Shown: positions 10,003 to 22,497, numbered from the stretch's first letter. The stretch is 64,000 nt of DNA from a virus (IMGVR_UViG_3300029305_006500); one strand, 5' to 3'. Program-made: numbers and translations. The notes: generated from the letters alone by a model not told the origin.

Positions 10003-10842
10003 ATGACTACTATCGAAACTATCGCAACCATTAACTCGGAAACCAAAGTCGAAATCAACTGCCACCACAAACTCTACGGTGAAGGTAAGATTACAAATCT
10101 GAGATTCGCAGAGAATCAGGACAAGCCCGAGCTTTTTATGACCTTTGAGTCTCCCGTTAAGAACGTTGTTCTGGCCTACACTATTGTAACCAGAATGAAT
10201 CTTCTGACCTTTGATGAGACTGATACGGAAACTCTTCTGAATCTGATGGACGAGTACCTAACTAATTGGACTACATATGACGAAGAACGTAAGGCAGAAC
10301 AAGTTGCAAAGAGAGAAGCTGAAATTGCTAAAAGAGAAGAAGCTAAGAAAGCAAAGGCTGATGAAAAGAAAGCAGAGGCTTTTGAAAAGAAGAAAGAAAA
10401 AGACATTAGAGATTTTGAAACTATGGTTCAGGCCAGCAATCCTTTGAGTCTCGCTTCTGAGTTTTATACTACTCTCGGTTGGTTAGCTAAGCATACCGGT
10501 ACAGTAAGTGCCGCACTTCCTGATTACCTTGAGCCGACTTTCAGAAAGCATTTCGGGGATGCTCCCTGTCGGGTAGTTGATTCTCGAAAGAAAGGTCCAG
10601 CTGGTTGGACTTCTCAGTGGACAAGCTCTTTCGCTGTTTCTTTGAAGAAGCCTGAAAGTATCCCAGCCTTACTGGAACAGTATCTTAATCCTGCTCGTAA
10701 AGCTTTGACTAACTCTGAATTTGTTTTAGACCTTGTAGATAACTACGGGTTCAAATTCGGTAAAGCTCAAGACCTTGAAGCAATTCGAAGCTGCGTACCT
10801 TCTACATATCATAACGACTTTGAACTTGGTCTCGCAATGTAA
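10003..10842 (+). CDS. Hypothetical protein with N-terminal Tudor-like (PcrA/UvrD CTD-like) motif and coiled coil
   Basis: HKLYGEGKI motif followed by a charged helix. Confidence 0.45.
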   Translation: MTTIETIATINSETKVEINCHHKLYGEGKITNLRFAENQDKPELFMTFESPVKNVVLAYTIVTRMNLLTFDETDTETLLNLMDEYLTNWTTYDEERKAEQVAKREAEIAKREEAKKAKADEKKAEAFEKKKEKDIRDFETMVQASNPLSLASEFYTTLGWLAKHTGTVSAALPDYLEPTFRKHFGDAPCRVVDSRKKGPAGWTSQWTSSFAVSLKKPESIPALLEQYLNPARKALTNSEFVLDLVDNYGFKFGKAQDLEAIRSCVPSTYHNDFELGLAM

Positions 10843-10852
10843 TTACATATTT

Positions 10853-10884
10853 GAAATGGCCTGATTTAACGATTGGGCCATTTC
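10853..10884 (+). terminator. Intergenic hairpin, probable terminator
   Basis: GAAATGGCCTGAT...ATTGGGCCATTTC inverted repeat right after the stop codon. Confidence 0.55.
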
Positions 10885-10921
10885 TACCAGAAAACTAATT
10901 AAAGTTCGTGCACTTTGTCAG

Positions 10922-10950
10922 TTTACAAAATCCGACAAATATGTTATAAT
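10922..10950 (+). promoter_or_regulatory. SigmaA-like early promoter, copy 6
   Basis: TTTACA-17bp-TATAAT. Confidence 0.8.
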
Positions 10951-11131
10951 ATAGATGTAAAGAAAACAGACTGTTAAGGAGGAACAGCAACAATGATTGT
11001 AGTACTCGTAAAGAACGGAAAGCGTAAGGCTGCATTCTATAATCCCAAAGGAGAGGGTTATATCGAAATAGATTATGACTCTCCTCTTGCTCTGCCCTAT
11101 AAAGCTAAGCTCGCAGTTTAAGGAGGAAGCT

Positions 11132-11791
11132 ATGAAAAGAATTGTGATGATTAAATACGGATTTGAGCGCTGGCCAGAAGAAGACTTCTCTGACGATGGA
11201 AATCACTTCCAGTGTTGGAGAGCAGGTAAGGCAGTGAGAGTGTCTAAGCTTATCTCTGATGGTCGAGCTTATCTCAGCATCTCTTCTGACTGCGGAAGAG
11301 GCACCCTTCCTTATGAAACTTATTCCAAGCTTCCCCATTACCACGATGCAGAGTGGAGATGGAACGGAGTTCCGGCAGCCGGACTCACGGATAAGGATTT
11401 GCAGGACTTCTACACTGCTTGTGTGGAGTATGAGAAAGAATACCTTGCAGCTGAAGCAGCTCTCGTGTATCCGACTCTTGAGGAAATCAAAGCTCAGGCA
11501 CAGAAGGTTTATGCTATCAGATACACGGAGTTGAATAAGGTAGGTCAGCTGTTCGCAGCTTCCGGTATTGAAGCTGCTGCTAAGCTTTCTAAATGGGAAT
11601 GGACTCGACTTCAGGAGCACGTAACTTATCTTCTTCAGGAAGCTGGTCAGTATAATCCGGATACTTTCCCGCAGACTATCGTTGGCACCGCAAGAAGCTT
11701 CGACTTCGTAAAGCCGGATAACAACAAACTTAAGCCCGGCTATTGGTTCAAAAACATTGTAGAGATGTTTGAAAAGGTAGCCTTGGACTAA
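11132..11791 (+). CDS. Hypothetical protein
   Basis: AAGGAGG RBS before ATG 11132. Confidence 0.7.
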   Translation: MKRIVMIKYGFERWPEEDFSDDGNHFQCWRAGKAVRVSKLISDGRAYLSISSDCGRGTLPYETYSKLPHYHDAEWRWNGVPAAGLTDKDLQDFYTACVEYEKEYLAAEAALVYPTLEEIKAQAQKVYAIRYTELNKVGQLFAASGIEAAAKLSKWEWTRLQEHVTYLLQEAGQYNPDTFPQTIVGTARSFDFVKPDNNKLKPGYWFKNIVEMFEKVALD

Positions 11792-11850
11792 TATATCAAA
11801 ATAGACGGAAAATGGCATAAAAATTTGTCAAATTTCGTCTATTTTGTCAA

Positions 11851-11879
11851 TTTACAACTAATGAATAATATGATATAAT
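11851..11879 (+). promoter_or_regulatory. SigmaA-like early promoter, copy 7
   Basis: TTTACA-17bp-TATAAT. Confidence 0.8.
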
Positions 11880-13094
11880 ATAGATGTAAACAACAGAGCA
11901 ACACCGAACACATAGCTCTGAAATAAAAAGAAAGCGAGAGTAAATACTTATGGACCTTACGAAAGTTGACGGCTGCTACTGTAAAGAGTTAAGACAGAAC
12001 TGCCCTATGATCAAGTTTATGTTGGAAGAACCTCTTGTAACTGTTGAAGAGATGAAGTTTAACGTACAAGCAATCGTTGCGGTTGCTCGTATCAACGCAA
12101 CAGCAAAGAAGCGTTTCCTTACAAACCTTGAAACTTGTACCACAAAAGAAGAGATTGACAAGCTGTGCTACAACAGCGTGATGGCGGGTAAATGGTACAA
12201 GCCTGAAAATAAACCGGTAATGGCTTAAGGAGGAAAAGAAATATGAGACCTTTGACTAGACACTGGCGAGATGATTTGATTCGCCCTAATCCCAGAGCAA
12301 CCACTAACAAGATTCTTGAGATGGTCGATGAGGGCTTGGTTAATGCAAGAGACGTTCTTCTTATGGCTCTCAAGTGGATGAGTGAAGATGATGTCGAAGC
12401 TATGGCAAAAGCTAATGAACTTCTTGAGGAGGACCTGAGATGAGTGTAAGCAGCAGAGTACTTACTGGTCTTACCCTCCAGTTTAAGGGAAAGCTTACCT
12501 GCGCAGACTGGAGAAAGATCCACACTATGGAAGAGAAGTATCCGGAGCTTGATGAGTACAGTTACTTGATTAAGGACAGAGAGGGAAAGCTTCTTCTTAT
12601 CAGCGATGGAATGAACGGAGGCTTCTGCCGGCTTATCAAGGTGGACAAGTACGTTGACGGAAAGTCTCTCGGCGAAGCTAATGAGTTTGTTGAACTCAAT
12701 ATGCCTGAGGGAGTTCTTAATCAGGAACTCATCTCCAGAATGTCCGAACTCTACAAAGAGTTTACTGGAGAGTACCCGAAGAATACCGATTTCAAATATG
12801 CTATGTGGTCTCAGACCTACTAAGGAGGATTTATGAAGGTAACCAAATATATTATCAAGATGAAGCTGCCTACCAGACCTGATCTGGATTACTTCTATTG
12901 TGGAAAAGGAAAGTCCGATGCTCAAGTCTTTGAGCTCAAGAAATCGAAGGCAATGAGATATGATACTATGGAAGATGCGAGCGGAGTTGCTTTCATTCTT
13001 CAGGCTTGTCACAATGCTTCTGGCCAGTCTTATACTGTCGAAACCGTTCGTCAACGTGCATAAAAAATTTGTTAATCTTTGGTAGTTTTGTCAG

Positions 13095-13123
13095 TTTACA
13101 AAAGCGACGAAATATGATATAAT
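13095..13123 (+). promoter_or_regulatory. SigmaA-like early promoter, copy 8
   Basis: TTTACA-17bp-TATAAT. Confidence 0.8.
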
Positions 13124-13157
13124 ATAAATGTAAACGAAACTTGGAGGATTACAAAAG

Positions 13158-13613
13158 ATGAGAAACATTACTTATAAGTACAACCTTGGCGATGTAATTC
13201 GCTTTAAGTCTAAGTTCCACGAGTCTGCTTCCTGTGGTCTCGCAGAACTTGCAGGTACTCAGGGAGTAGTAGAGGAAAGAAGAGACTACAATGGTCCTTG
13301 TTATAAGCTTGCAGGTATGGATCAGTTCTTCACAGAAAAATGCTTCGATGGCTCTGTGGCTTCCAAATTCTTCACACAGCGAGACGAAGCCGTAGGGGCT
13401 GATACTTTCCAGGGCCCTGAGACAAATGGCGATACAGGAGATTCTGGTGAGCTTGAGGTACTTCCTCTTGAAGAAGCGAAGTGGTACAGAATTTCTTTTT
13501 CTGCTAAGCTTACCCCTGATGACCTCAGAGCAATGAAGAAGTGTTTCTTCGACGCTATGAATGAGAGTATGGAAATCTACGACCTTGAGGGTCTTGAGAT
13601 CAAGGAGGCTTGA
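13158..13613 (+). CDS. Hypothetical protein with SH3/KOW-like N-terminus; paralog of 13886..14329
   Basis: YKYNLGDVI...GPCYKLAG...DEA.G...DTGDSG shared with the downstream paralog. Confidence 0.55.
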   Translation: MRNITYKYNLGDVIRFKSKFHESASCGLAELAGTQGVVEERRDYNGPCYKLAGMDQFFTEKCFDGSVASKFFTQRDEAVGADTFQGPETNGDTGDSGELEVLPLEEAKWYRISFSAKLTPDDLRAMKKCFFDAMNESMEIYDLEGLEIKEA

Positions 13614-13885
13614 GATGGTAGTACACAACGAATACCTTGGTTGGCAGATCGAATGGCCTGAGAATATGTCGAATACTCTCATTAAAGTATATGAGGACGA
13701 TGTACTTTGGGACAAGCTTCGCGAGTTCATTCAGGAGAAGTATCCCAATGTCGATACCTTCCATACCGACTGCGTAACCTTCTTGTATGCTTTCTCTGAT
13801 ATGGCAGAAGCTCGTATCTTTGAAAGAGAGATGAAGAAGAGAATCTGTCATTGGATTGAAGCTTATACTTAAGGAGGGAGCGGAA

Positions 13886-14329
13886 ATGTTTAAGTTTGAA
13901 AAAGGAGATCACGTATCCTTTGTCTACGGTTCCATCTTCAGTCCTAATCCTGACGGTGCTTACCAAGCTGTTGTAAATGGTGGTAAGGTTATTGCGAGAA
14001 AGGGTTGCGGCAGCAGTGGAGGCCCTGAATATCGTGTGGCTGGTTTCTCTGGCTGGTGGGCTGAAGAAAACCTTGTGCTCGTGTCCAGAGGTCCCAAAAA
14101 CTCTCCCAGTTGCGATGAAGCTGCAGGCCCTACCAAGTACCAGCCCGGAGAGCCCAAACGCGATACGGAAGATTCTGGAGCTTCTGAGGACAGAGCAAAG
14201 TGTCGAGAGTTGTATCTCAAAGCACTGAAAAAGACTTATGGCAAAGTGCCTTTTGAATCAGAGACAGTTGAGGTTGGTAGTCTTCTTGACTTTACGGAAG
14301 CTATTCTTAAAGCAACTAAGGAGGTTTGA
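13886..14329 (+). CDS. Hypothetical protein; paralog of 13158..13613
   Basis: FKFEKGDHV...GPEYRVAG...DEA.G...DTEDSG. Confidence 0.55.
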   Translation: MFKFEKGDHVSFVYGSIFSPNPDGAYQAVVNGGKVIARKGCGSSGGPEYRVAGFSGWWAEENLVLVSRGPKNSPSCDEAAGPTKYQPGEPKRDTEDSGASEDRAKCRELYLKALKKTYGKVPFESETVEVGSLLDFTEAILKATKEV

Positions 14330-14330
14330 G

Positions 14331-14714
14331 ATGAAGACGAAAGGAAATTGGGTAATAAAGACTTCGGCTGGTGGTTACTGGTGTGGTAATGCCAGCTTCG
14401 ATCCCCAGCTTAGGAAGGCTCAGGTTTATCACTGGAAAGAAAAAGCTGAGGAGCAGATAGAGGTAATCAAGAAAAGAAAGTATATCTCTGCTGACATCGA
14501 ATTCGAAGTTGTAGCAATTTCAGAACCGAAGGAACTCAAGGATACTGAAGCAGAATGGATTGAGGATTATGACGTAGTTCTCGGTGTAGTCTTTGTTTGC
14601 TCTAACTGCAAAGCAGCAGCTCTCAATAACTACCGCGGACTTTCTGTAGATTCTCGCTTCTGCCCTCATTGCGGAAAGTATATGACTAATCATAAGATGG
14701 AGGATGATGAATAA
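14331..14714 (+). CDS. Two-domain hypothetical protein with C-terminal Zn ribbon
   Basis: CSNC...FCPHCG; N-terminal domain shared with 20506..20745. Confidence 0.6.
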   Translation: MKTKGNWVIKTSAGGYWCGNASFDPQLRKAQVYHWKEKAEEQIEVIKKRKYISADIEFEVVAISEPKELKDTEAEWIEDYDVVLGVVFVCSNCKAAALNNYRGLSVDSRFCPHCGKYMTNHKMEDDE

Positions 14715-15785
14715 TGTATAAAGCTTTGGATGTAAGAGAAATAGTAGAAGTCCGCTCAGGAAGCGTAAGCAGTGGTCAGTACAGTGGCGGAACTGGTTCT
14801 ATGTCTATTAACAATAAACGAGAGATTGTGGTTATTGCCGAGGACGAGGAATACCACGAAAGAAAACGCTTTCATTTCTATGAGGGCTCCAAAGAAATGT
14901 TCCTAGGAGAAATGCGGTATTACGGTTATGCAGGAGCTTTCGATCTTCTTGTTCCTGGAGATAAGTTTGAAGTTAAGGAAACTTCTACTTGGCCGACAGT
15001 TTTAATAGTGGAGGACTAAAATGAAAGCTGAAGAACTTCACAAGTTGGAAGTAGCTGCGGTTAATAAGTTCGCAGATAAGATCCGGAATTACCTGTTCGA
15101 GCGGATAGAAGAATGTGATAATATGACTGCTGAAGATCCTGTTTGGATAAATCGACTTAGGTGGTCAAGCGAAGCCACCATTATATTTTTGAATGAATGT
15201 TTGTCTGAATTCACAGATGAGACAACGGAGGAAGTAAAGTAATGGAATACAAACCTTGGTTGATAGGCTTTCAAAAAGCTGGAGGTAAGGAATATCAGAT
15301 TACCGTAATGGCAGAGTCTGGACCTCAGGCAGTAAGGATCGCTTCTAATAAACTTTCCAGTAAACTTGGAGAGGGAGACTTTTATATCATTGGAGAAAAG
15401 GAGAACTGATATGATTAAAAAGATCTGGGTTGTAAGCTGGGCAAGAGCCCTCGGAGGAGATGAAACTCCCGTGGATGCTTATGCCGGAACTGAGGGAGCT
15501 TATACCGAGTTCGGCGATGCTCTCAAGGCTCTGACCAAATGTAGGGACGAGCTGATTTCCGGGATCTATGAAGGCGTCGAGGATCCTGAAGATAAGGACC
15601 AGCTTGAGATTCAGGTTTACGGTTCTGAGCACGAGGAATATTATGAGATCGATTACACAGCACCCGACGATACTCTTATTGAGTATTACATAGGATTGCA
15701 GGAGGTTAATCTTTACGGCCTCGCTGAAAATGAATCTTTGTAAGATTTAACCAAAAAATTTGTCAAAGTTTGTCTATTTTGTCAG

Positions 15786-15814
15786 TTTACAAATCCTTCG
15801 TTATGTGGTATAAT
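15786..15814 (+). promoter_or_regulatory. SigmaA-like early promoter, copy 9
   Basis: TTTACA-17bp-TATAAT, preceded by three TTTGTC at ~10 bp spacing. Confidence 0.8.
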
Positions 15815-16752
15815 ATAAATGTAATCAAGCAACACAAAACGGAGGAATGACAAATGAACTACTATCTTGACCTTGAAATCCTTGCTGACCGCTGGGAAGA
15901 ACAACAGAGAGTACTCGAAGAGATGAACGAAGGAGGTTACGAGAATGCCTAAGATTAAAAATTATACAAAGGTTACACCTAAAAATTTGCGTTACCTCTT
16001 CAATAGTCCGAGAGGAAATCTCTATATGAGATACTCCAAGAAGAAGGGTACATACGAAGTGGTTGAGGGTTTTGACTATGAAGAACTTCATCAAGCTCTT
16101 ACCTCAAATAAGATTGAGCTTGTTTGGATTGAAGGCCCTGTAAGAAAGTATATAGATAAAAGTATATAGATATTTGAGAGGTAATAAATATGGATGCATA
16201 TCAGGCCGCTGAAGTGGCATATAAGAATGGATACGAAAAGGGTTACGAAAAGGGTAAGGAAGAGTTTGCTGATAAGCTCGCTTCTATTATCCTGCAGAAG
16301 AAAGAAGCTACTACTAAAGCACGCGAAACTTATTCTAAAGATGATGAGGGTGGCTTTGCTTACTGGCTTGGTAGAGGTACTACCTATGCTGAGGTGCTTA
16401 CTCTTATCCTTGAGCTGCGTGAAGGAATAGGGGAGGATAAAGATGTATAACAAATTTGAAGATCCTACTATGGTAAGTAAATGGATGTCAGAAGATTTCG
16501 ATAAGCTTGGAGATACTTATAAACTTCTCGGTGTAGATCTAGCTAATCCTAAGACTTATACTCTGGAGCTTACACAAGAGGAACTTGACTTTATACAGGA
16601 GAGATGTTCCCGTAAAGCACAGAGACTTGAAGAAGCTAATCTTAGGGATATTCCCTGCTACCGCCTTTCGTGGCAAGTTATGTCTAAGATCTCTAAAGTA
16701 AGATCTGCTGCTGAGGAGTGTCCTAACTTTGTACCTAAGGAGGATACGACAA

Positions 16753-17276
16753 ATGCGCATAAAGAACGTACTTAAAAGTTTCGGTATGGGGCTAATTTAT
16801 TTAGTTAATAGCTATACCATCTATAAAATATTTTTTGCCATGCTAGATGCTTTTTCTAGTATGACAGCCTGTACAGGAGCATTGGCAGTATTCTTTTTTC
16901 TATCAGGTTTAACCTTTGCTTTGCTCTGCGTATTGCTTATTTGTTTTAGTGGCTTCATAGCCTTAGTAGGTTTGGAGCCTTCTTGTGTACAAGATAGATC
17001 GGAGGATAAGAAATGAAGTACGCTCTTAGATGCTTGTGGTTAGGTCTTGTGGAAATGGCTGCTTGCTTTCTTGCTCTTATGTTTCTCAGTGTGACTGTCG
17101 ATGCCTTCCTGGCTTTCCTTGGTGCAACAGGTTGGGTTGCTCTGGGACTCTTTGTATCCGGGCTTTTGTGTGGCTTTATGTTTCTCTTTATTGTAGTTGT
17201 TATGGGGGCAGCAATAGTTGTACCTAAAGATGAAGCTAAAGAGTTTAAAGAAAGGTTGGATAATGTAGATGATTAA
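16753..17276 (+). CDS. Tandem pair of paralogous small membrane proteins (16753..17016 and 17013..17276)
   Basis: Hydrophobic; share a DAF......TG..A...F.SGL motif. Confidence 0.55.
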
Positions 17277-18152
17277 CTATAAATTCCCTTGTTATCCTGG
17301 AGATGAGGTATGGTACCTTTCTTCTGTAGGAGACAGATACTGGTGCAGACAAGATAAGGTAGAGATGGTCGGCTTTACTACTAGAAGCGTTCAGATCCGG
17401 CTGAGGGGTCATAAGTCTTTTGGTAAGACCTATACCTGGGGTAAGACTGTATTTAAGACGGAGCATGAAGCTCTGCAGATGATCGCTAAACTTTGCGGTA
17501 CCTTGGAGGAAGAATGAAACCTGAATGTTATCATGCTGTGTGTATGTACTCAGCAGACGGTTGTTGTAAGTGCTCTTATGATATGGATTGTTATGAGCAC
17601 TGGCTTAAGTATATGACGAAAACAAAGGAGGAGACTAATGTACAATCTTGATTCTATAAGTGCTACGACTGGCTACGCAGAAGGCTACAGAGCAGGCAAG
17701 CAATACACTCTCCTAGAGTTACAGTCTAAGTTCCATGAGGTAGCTCTCAATTCCAGGGCTAATGATGATGAGTCTAGGTATGAGAACCTTGTGCTTATGC
17801 TAAGTGAAGTAGATCGAATAATAAATAAAATGTTGGAGGGTTTATGATTAAATCTACGCCTGAACTTGTAGTAGAGGCGAGAGATTGCCTCGAAGAAATT
17901 ATAGAATATGTAGCTGCAGAAACCGCGGACATAAGTCTGCTTACTTGGCTTAAAGACTTAGAGGCTAAGCTTCTTATTATAGATAACAGACTTACGAGTC
18001 CGGTAAAGCAGCAATCTGATTTCGAAACTGTAAAGTCTTATATTAAGGCAGGAAAGCTTCCGCCTCTTGATTCTGCAAAGACCGGGATTCAATATATTAA
18101 CTCAAATAAATAATTTATATAAGCTCGGTTTAAACGCTGGGCTTTCTTTTTC

Positions 18153-18163
18153 TGCTAAATTAT
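18153..18163 (+). promoter_or_regulatory. Putative late-type promoter motif TGCTAAATTAT
   Basis: Same motif at 26405 and at 32344-32354 (minus strand), variant at 27867; always intergenic and upstream of a gene. Confidence 0.5.
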
Positions 18164-18187
18164 ATGACTATTGAAAAGGAGAATTAT

Positions 18188-19621
18188 ATGATTAACTTAG
18201 ATTCTAATTTTAATAAAGTATATGAAGAGCTTGACGTTATAAATGAAGAGGTCCTCAAGACTTGGAGAGTTAGCTATTATGAGGATGGGGTAAAGAAGAG
18301 CTTTACTGTACAAGCAGGATCTAAAGTAGAAGCTGAACGGATAGGTTGGTCTAAGGTAGACGCTGATTCTTTATATGTAAGTGAAGTAGTTAATGAAGCT
18401 GCAGATATTAATGCTAGCAGAAACTTTTGGGACTTGGCTAGAGATAAAAAGATTTCTACTTACTGGTTCCATCGTGCATTTGACGAGGAGTTAAATGAAC
18501 TTGGATTAGTGGATATTTTTAATGAAGATGGTATGCTTAAAAATCAGGGAGTATGGGGTAGGATTAAACCAGTCAAAGAAGCTAATCCTGATTCTTGGGC
18601 AATCAAGGCTTTAAATAAAATGTGGTGGCTCCAGTTTAAAGAGGGAGTTACTAAGTCAGTGGAGCAAGCCAGACAGGAAAAAGAAGCTACAGACAGAGCA
18701 GAGAGAGAGGCGGCTCGTGCTGCTAAGGAAGAGCAAGACCGTATTGCTAGGGAGGCTAAGTATGCCGCAGCTAAAGAAGCTTGGGAAGTCTTAAATGAAA
18801 AGCTGCCTTCTATACAAACTTTAGTTGCTAATATTTCTGAGGAGTTTGCGAGAGAAAAGAAAGCCATTCTTATACCAGATCTAGAAACTGCAGTAAAACT
18901 TAAGACAGAAATAAAAGCAGCCACTAAGGGTATTATTAGCTTTTATGATTCAACTGAATGGTATTTAGCCAGATTAAACTCAAGTGATACAGCAATTAAA
19001 ATGTCAGCTACTCTTGAGGAACTTGATACACGTTGGCCTAACCCACGAATTTTTGTTAAGGTTTCAGAGTTCTTTGGAGAGACTCCAGGGTTTAGAGCAG
19101 GGGCTAAAGAAGCAGAGGATTATACTAGCTTTACAGTAGAGAATATAGATGAAGAAACTATTAAGTCTGAATTATTTGCTATGCTAAATGATATCTGGGA
19201 GATTGTTAATATTAGACATAATTCCTTGCCTAAGATACAAAAGCAGTATGATGAAGTTATGACTAAGACTAATGCTGCAAAAGCAGCTCAAGCAGCAGTA
19301 GATGCAGGTAAGCCAGTAGATCCTAATTTTATTTCTAAAATTCTTACTCGATTTGAAGAGGGGAGAAAAGCTGCACAAAAGCAGTATGATTTTTATTCTG
19401 ATACTACAGATGGTAGTGCAGGTGCTGCTTATGCCATGGAGGCTTCTAATACCGTTATTGACATTGGAACCTATTTAATAAATTGCAACTGGCGTGCTAT
19501 TGTTAATGGTAAAGAGATTGCAGCTTGGAGAAAGACTAAGAGCTTAGATAATCTTGAAGATGAGTTAATAAAAGTTTTTAAAGCTTTCTGTCCTGAGCTA
19601 ATGATTGAAGTTATTAAATAA
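18188..19621 (+). CDS. Putative internal virion protein; shares a domain with 30951..32312
   Basis: N-terminal FNKVYEELDVINEE / VVNEA; FHRAFDEEL..LGL...F...G......WG.I domain; coiled coil. Confidence 0.5.
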   Translation: MINLDSNFNKVYEELDVINEEVLKTWRVSYYEDGVKKSFTVQAGSKVEAERIGWSKVDADSLYVSEVVNEAADINASRNFWDLARDKKISTYWFHRAFDEELNELGLVDIFNEDGMLKNQGVWGRIKPVKEANPDSWAIKALNKMWWLQFKEGVTKSVEQARQEKEATDRAEREAARAAKEEQDRIAREAKYAAAKEAWEVLNEKLPSIQTLVANISEEFAREKKAILIPDLETAVKLKTEIKAATKGIISFYDSTEWYLARLNSSDTAIKMSATLEELDTRWPNPRIFVKVSEFFGETPGFRAGAKEAEDYTSFTVENIDEETIKSELFAMLNDIWEIVNIRHNSLPKIQKQYDEVMTKTNAAKAAQAAVDAGKPVDPNFISKILTRFEEGRKAAQKQYDFYSDTTDGSAGAAYAMEASNTVIDIGTYLINCNWRAIVNGKEIAAWRKTKSLDNLEDELIKVFKAFCPELMIEVIK

Positions 19622-22257
19622 AGAATTAAGCTATAAAAGCTTATGATAGTAATTTTATCATAAGCTTTATTTTTATATCTTTATGTATTGTATTATATAA
19701 TAAGAATAAGACAATAATTAAGGAGGGCTTTATATGACATATACTTTTCTTGCAGTATATACTGAGCTTCAGAAAGAAGAAGATACTTTAAGACTTGCAC
19801 AGGACCTTGTGCTTGAAGAATGGAGATCACATCTTGAGCATAAGAAGATTCCTTATATTGCGGATGCGAAGATAAGCTTTAAGACTTATAGCTTTCAGAA
19901 GTATCCTTATCAGGAGCTTTTGAAGAATTGGGTGTGGAAGCATTTTACTAATAGCTTTGGAGACCTCTGTTTCAAAGGTGATGTTTATACAGATGTGGAC
20001 GAACTTATCTGGGAGCTTGGTGTAGATCACAAGCTTATAGAACTTACTATAGAAGTATAAGGAGAAAACAAAATGCATCAATACGTAATTAAATGTCAGC
20101 CCATTGAAAAACCTGAAGCTTTTTATTATGCAGGACTTGTGGATGAGAAGCAGATTCTTTGGTCACCTTCTGCAACCAAAGCTTGTCCTTTTAATACTAG
20201 AGCAGATGCAAAGCAGATAGGTCAAGAGCTATGGCTTTGTAGAAAGATTGTAAGTTATCAGATTGAGCTTATAAATAATGATGAGCCTGTTATGCCGAAG
20301 CTTAGTTATGAAGAGATGCTTAAGCTTGGAGAAGATGTAAAGATTCCTGAAGATAGGGAACTTCTTGATATGGCTATTAAAGAGTTGGATAAGGTAATTG
20401 ATTACCTTTATACAGAGACTTCTGAGAGACAGGCCTTCTGGGATCTTCTCAATGTAATTACTAAGCTTAAGACTTTGCAGTTTAATATGAAGGAGAAGAA
20501 GTAATATGAATCCGGATAAAGGACTTTGGGTAATTAAGTATTCTAATGGCCAATACAGCTGTGGTCTTAAGCATTTTAGTTCTCAGCTTAGAGAAGCACA
20601 AATCTATGTAAGTAAGAAGAGAGCTGAGGAACAGGCCCTGCATTATATCAAGGGTAGGGATTGTTATACCGGAAAAATGATTGCTCCTACTGAGGAGTTT
20701 AAGATCGTGCCTATTATGATTAAGGAGCTGGAAGAAACATGTTAGGTATAGATGTTATTATTTATAACTGTGTGCTACTTGTTGTAGTTTTTATTTTTGG
20801 ATACCTTTTTGGTAAAAATAGTTAATGGAGGTTTGTGTAATATGGAAAAAGAAACTTTAGATAAAGCAAATGAGCTTGAAGCACAGATTGGCTATTATGA
20901 TAAGATAGATTTTATCTGTACATTCCCCTATCAGAGATTTAAGCTCTTTATGAAAAAAGCTTATATTTGTAAGTCAGATGAAAGCCTTAACATTGCAATT
21001 AAAGATGAAGAGCTTGCAAAGCTTATCACTGATTACTGTGATAAGAAGAGAGCAGAGCTTAAGGCGGAATTAGAGGCCCTATGATTTGGACAATAAAAGA
21101 TAAAGAGAAAACTATAAAAACTTGCTTTGCTTTGTTTCCTAAAAGAATAGGAGATTTCAGACTCTGGCTTCATAAGTATTATAAGACGTGGGACTTTGTA
21201 GGAAATAGTATTTATTCTGGCTATGCTCCTCACTGGTTTGTATATAAAGAAGCAGCAGAAGAATACGTAAGAAAGAAGATGCTAGGAATATGAGTTATGA
21301 GAGATATACATATAATCCGAATAATATAGAGTTTTGTAATCCTTGCTACTTGTGCAAACATCCAGATGAAAAACCTAAAAGAAATAAATATAAATGCAGT
21401 GTTGATGAGTGTGATTACCTAAAGTGCTATGAGAAGTTAGCGGAGCTTGAGGATAAGATAGAGAAAGCAACTGAGATAAAGATTTATTACCCAGGTCCTT
21501 ATGAAACTAAATGGGCTATTATAGAATACTGGGCAAGACAAGGAAAGCCGCTTAAGGTAACGAGTTATTATAACTATGGTGAGGAGCTTAAAACTGGTGA
21601 GTGCTTAAAGTGCTGGCATTGGATGCCTTCTACTAACTTTGATATTTTAGAAGATGACTTTAGCACAGAGGAAGAAGCTAAAGCAAGATTGAAAGAACTA
21701 AGGAGACTTAGAAAATGAAAGATAAGCTTATGAGTGTAAATGGAAAGCGGGTAGTTGTTATAAGCTCTAATGATAACTTGGCAACAGTTATGAGCTTTCC
21801 TAAGAATGAGAATATGGTACAGGCTTTTATGGAAACAGTAATGGTTGGTCAGCTTGAGCCTTACAAGTGTCCTCACACAGAAGAGACTGACCCTACTAGA
21901 ATTTATTGTAATGCTGGAATCTGTGAGTATCCTATAGATAGTGGCTCAGCTAGTAAAGCTATGTTCGCATGTGATCAATGTCTACTAAAGTCTTTGGAGG
22001 CCGAAGATTAATATGACCAAGCAAGAACAATTTATTAATCAGATTAAAGATATAAAGAACTACTGGCTCAGGCAGAGCACTAGAACAACAGAAGAGATTG
22101 TAGATGGCGTTTTATTTTCTCTATTGGTAATGATAGACGGAGATAGCGGCATGAACGATTTTCATGCTTTACAAATCATTGATACTAAAGATGGTCAGCA
22201 AATTGACTGTGGCTATTTTCATGAGTTCTATCATGATTAAGTAGGGGGTTATAAAAA

Positions 22258-22497
22258 ATGACTAATTGGATAAGCGTAGATGAAAGACTCCCGGAGATAG
22301 ATCCTGATAAGAAGGGTAGATATAAAAATGGTAAAGTATCTATCAGAGTGCTCTGTGCTTGTAAACAGTACAGCGGAAAGAAGATGGTAAAAGAAGGTTA
22401 TTGTGAGTGGGGTGACTGGGGCTATTCGTGGAGAATCCCAGGTAGTATAGATAGGGTAACTCATTGGGCCTACTTACCAGAACCGCCGGAGCATTAA
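22258..22497 (+). CDS. DUF551-family phage protein
   Basis: WISVDERLPE...VTHWAYLPEPP. Confidence 0.85.
   Translation: MTNWISVDERLPEIDPDKKGRYKNGKVSIRVLCACKQYSGKKMVKEGYCEWGDWGYSWRIPGSIDRVTHWAYLPEPPEH

Noticed and set aside
3413-13054. Long minus-strand ORFs (3413..4465, 7953..8912, 11105..11818, 12119..13054)
   Set aside because: Antisense shadows of well-formed + strand genes, with atypical composition and no RBS or promoter.
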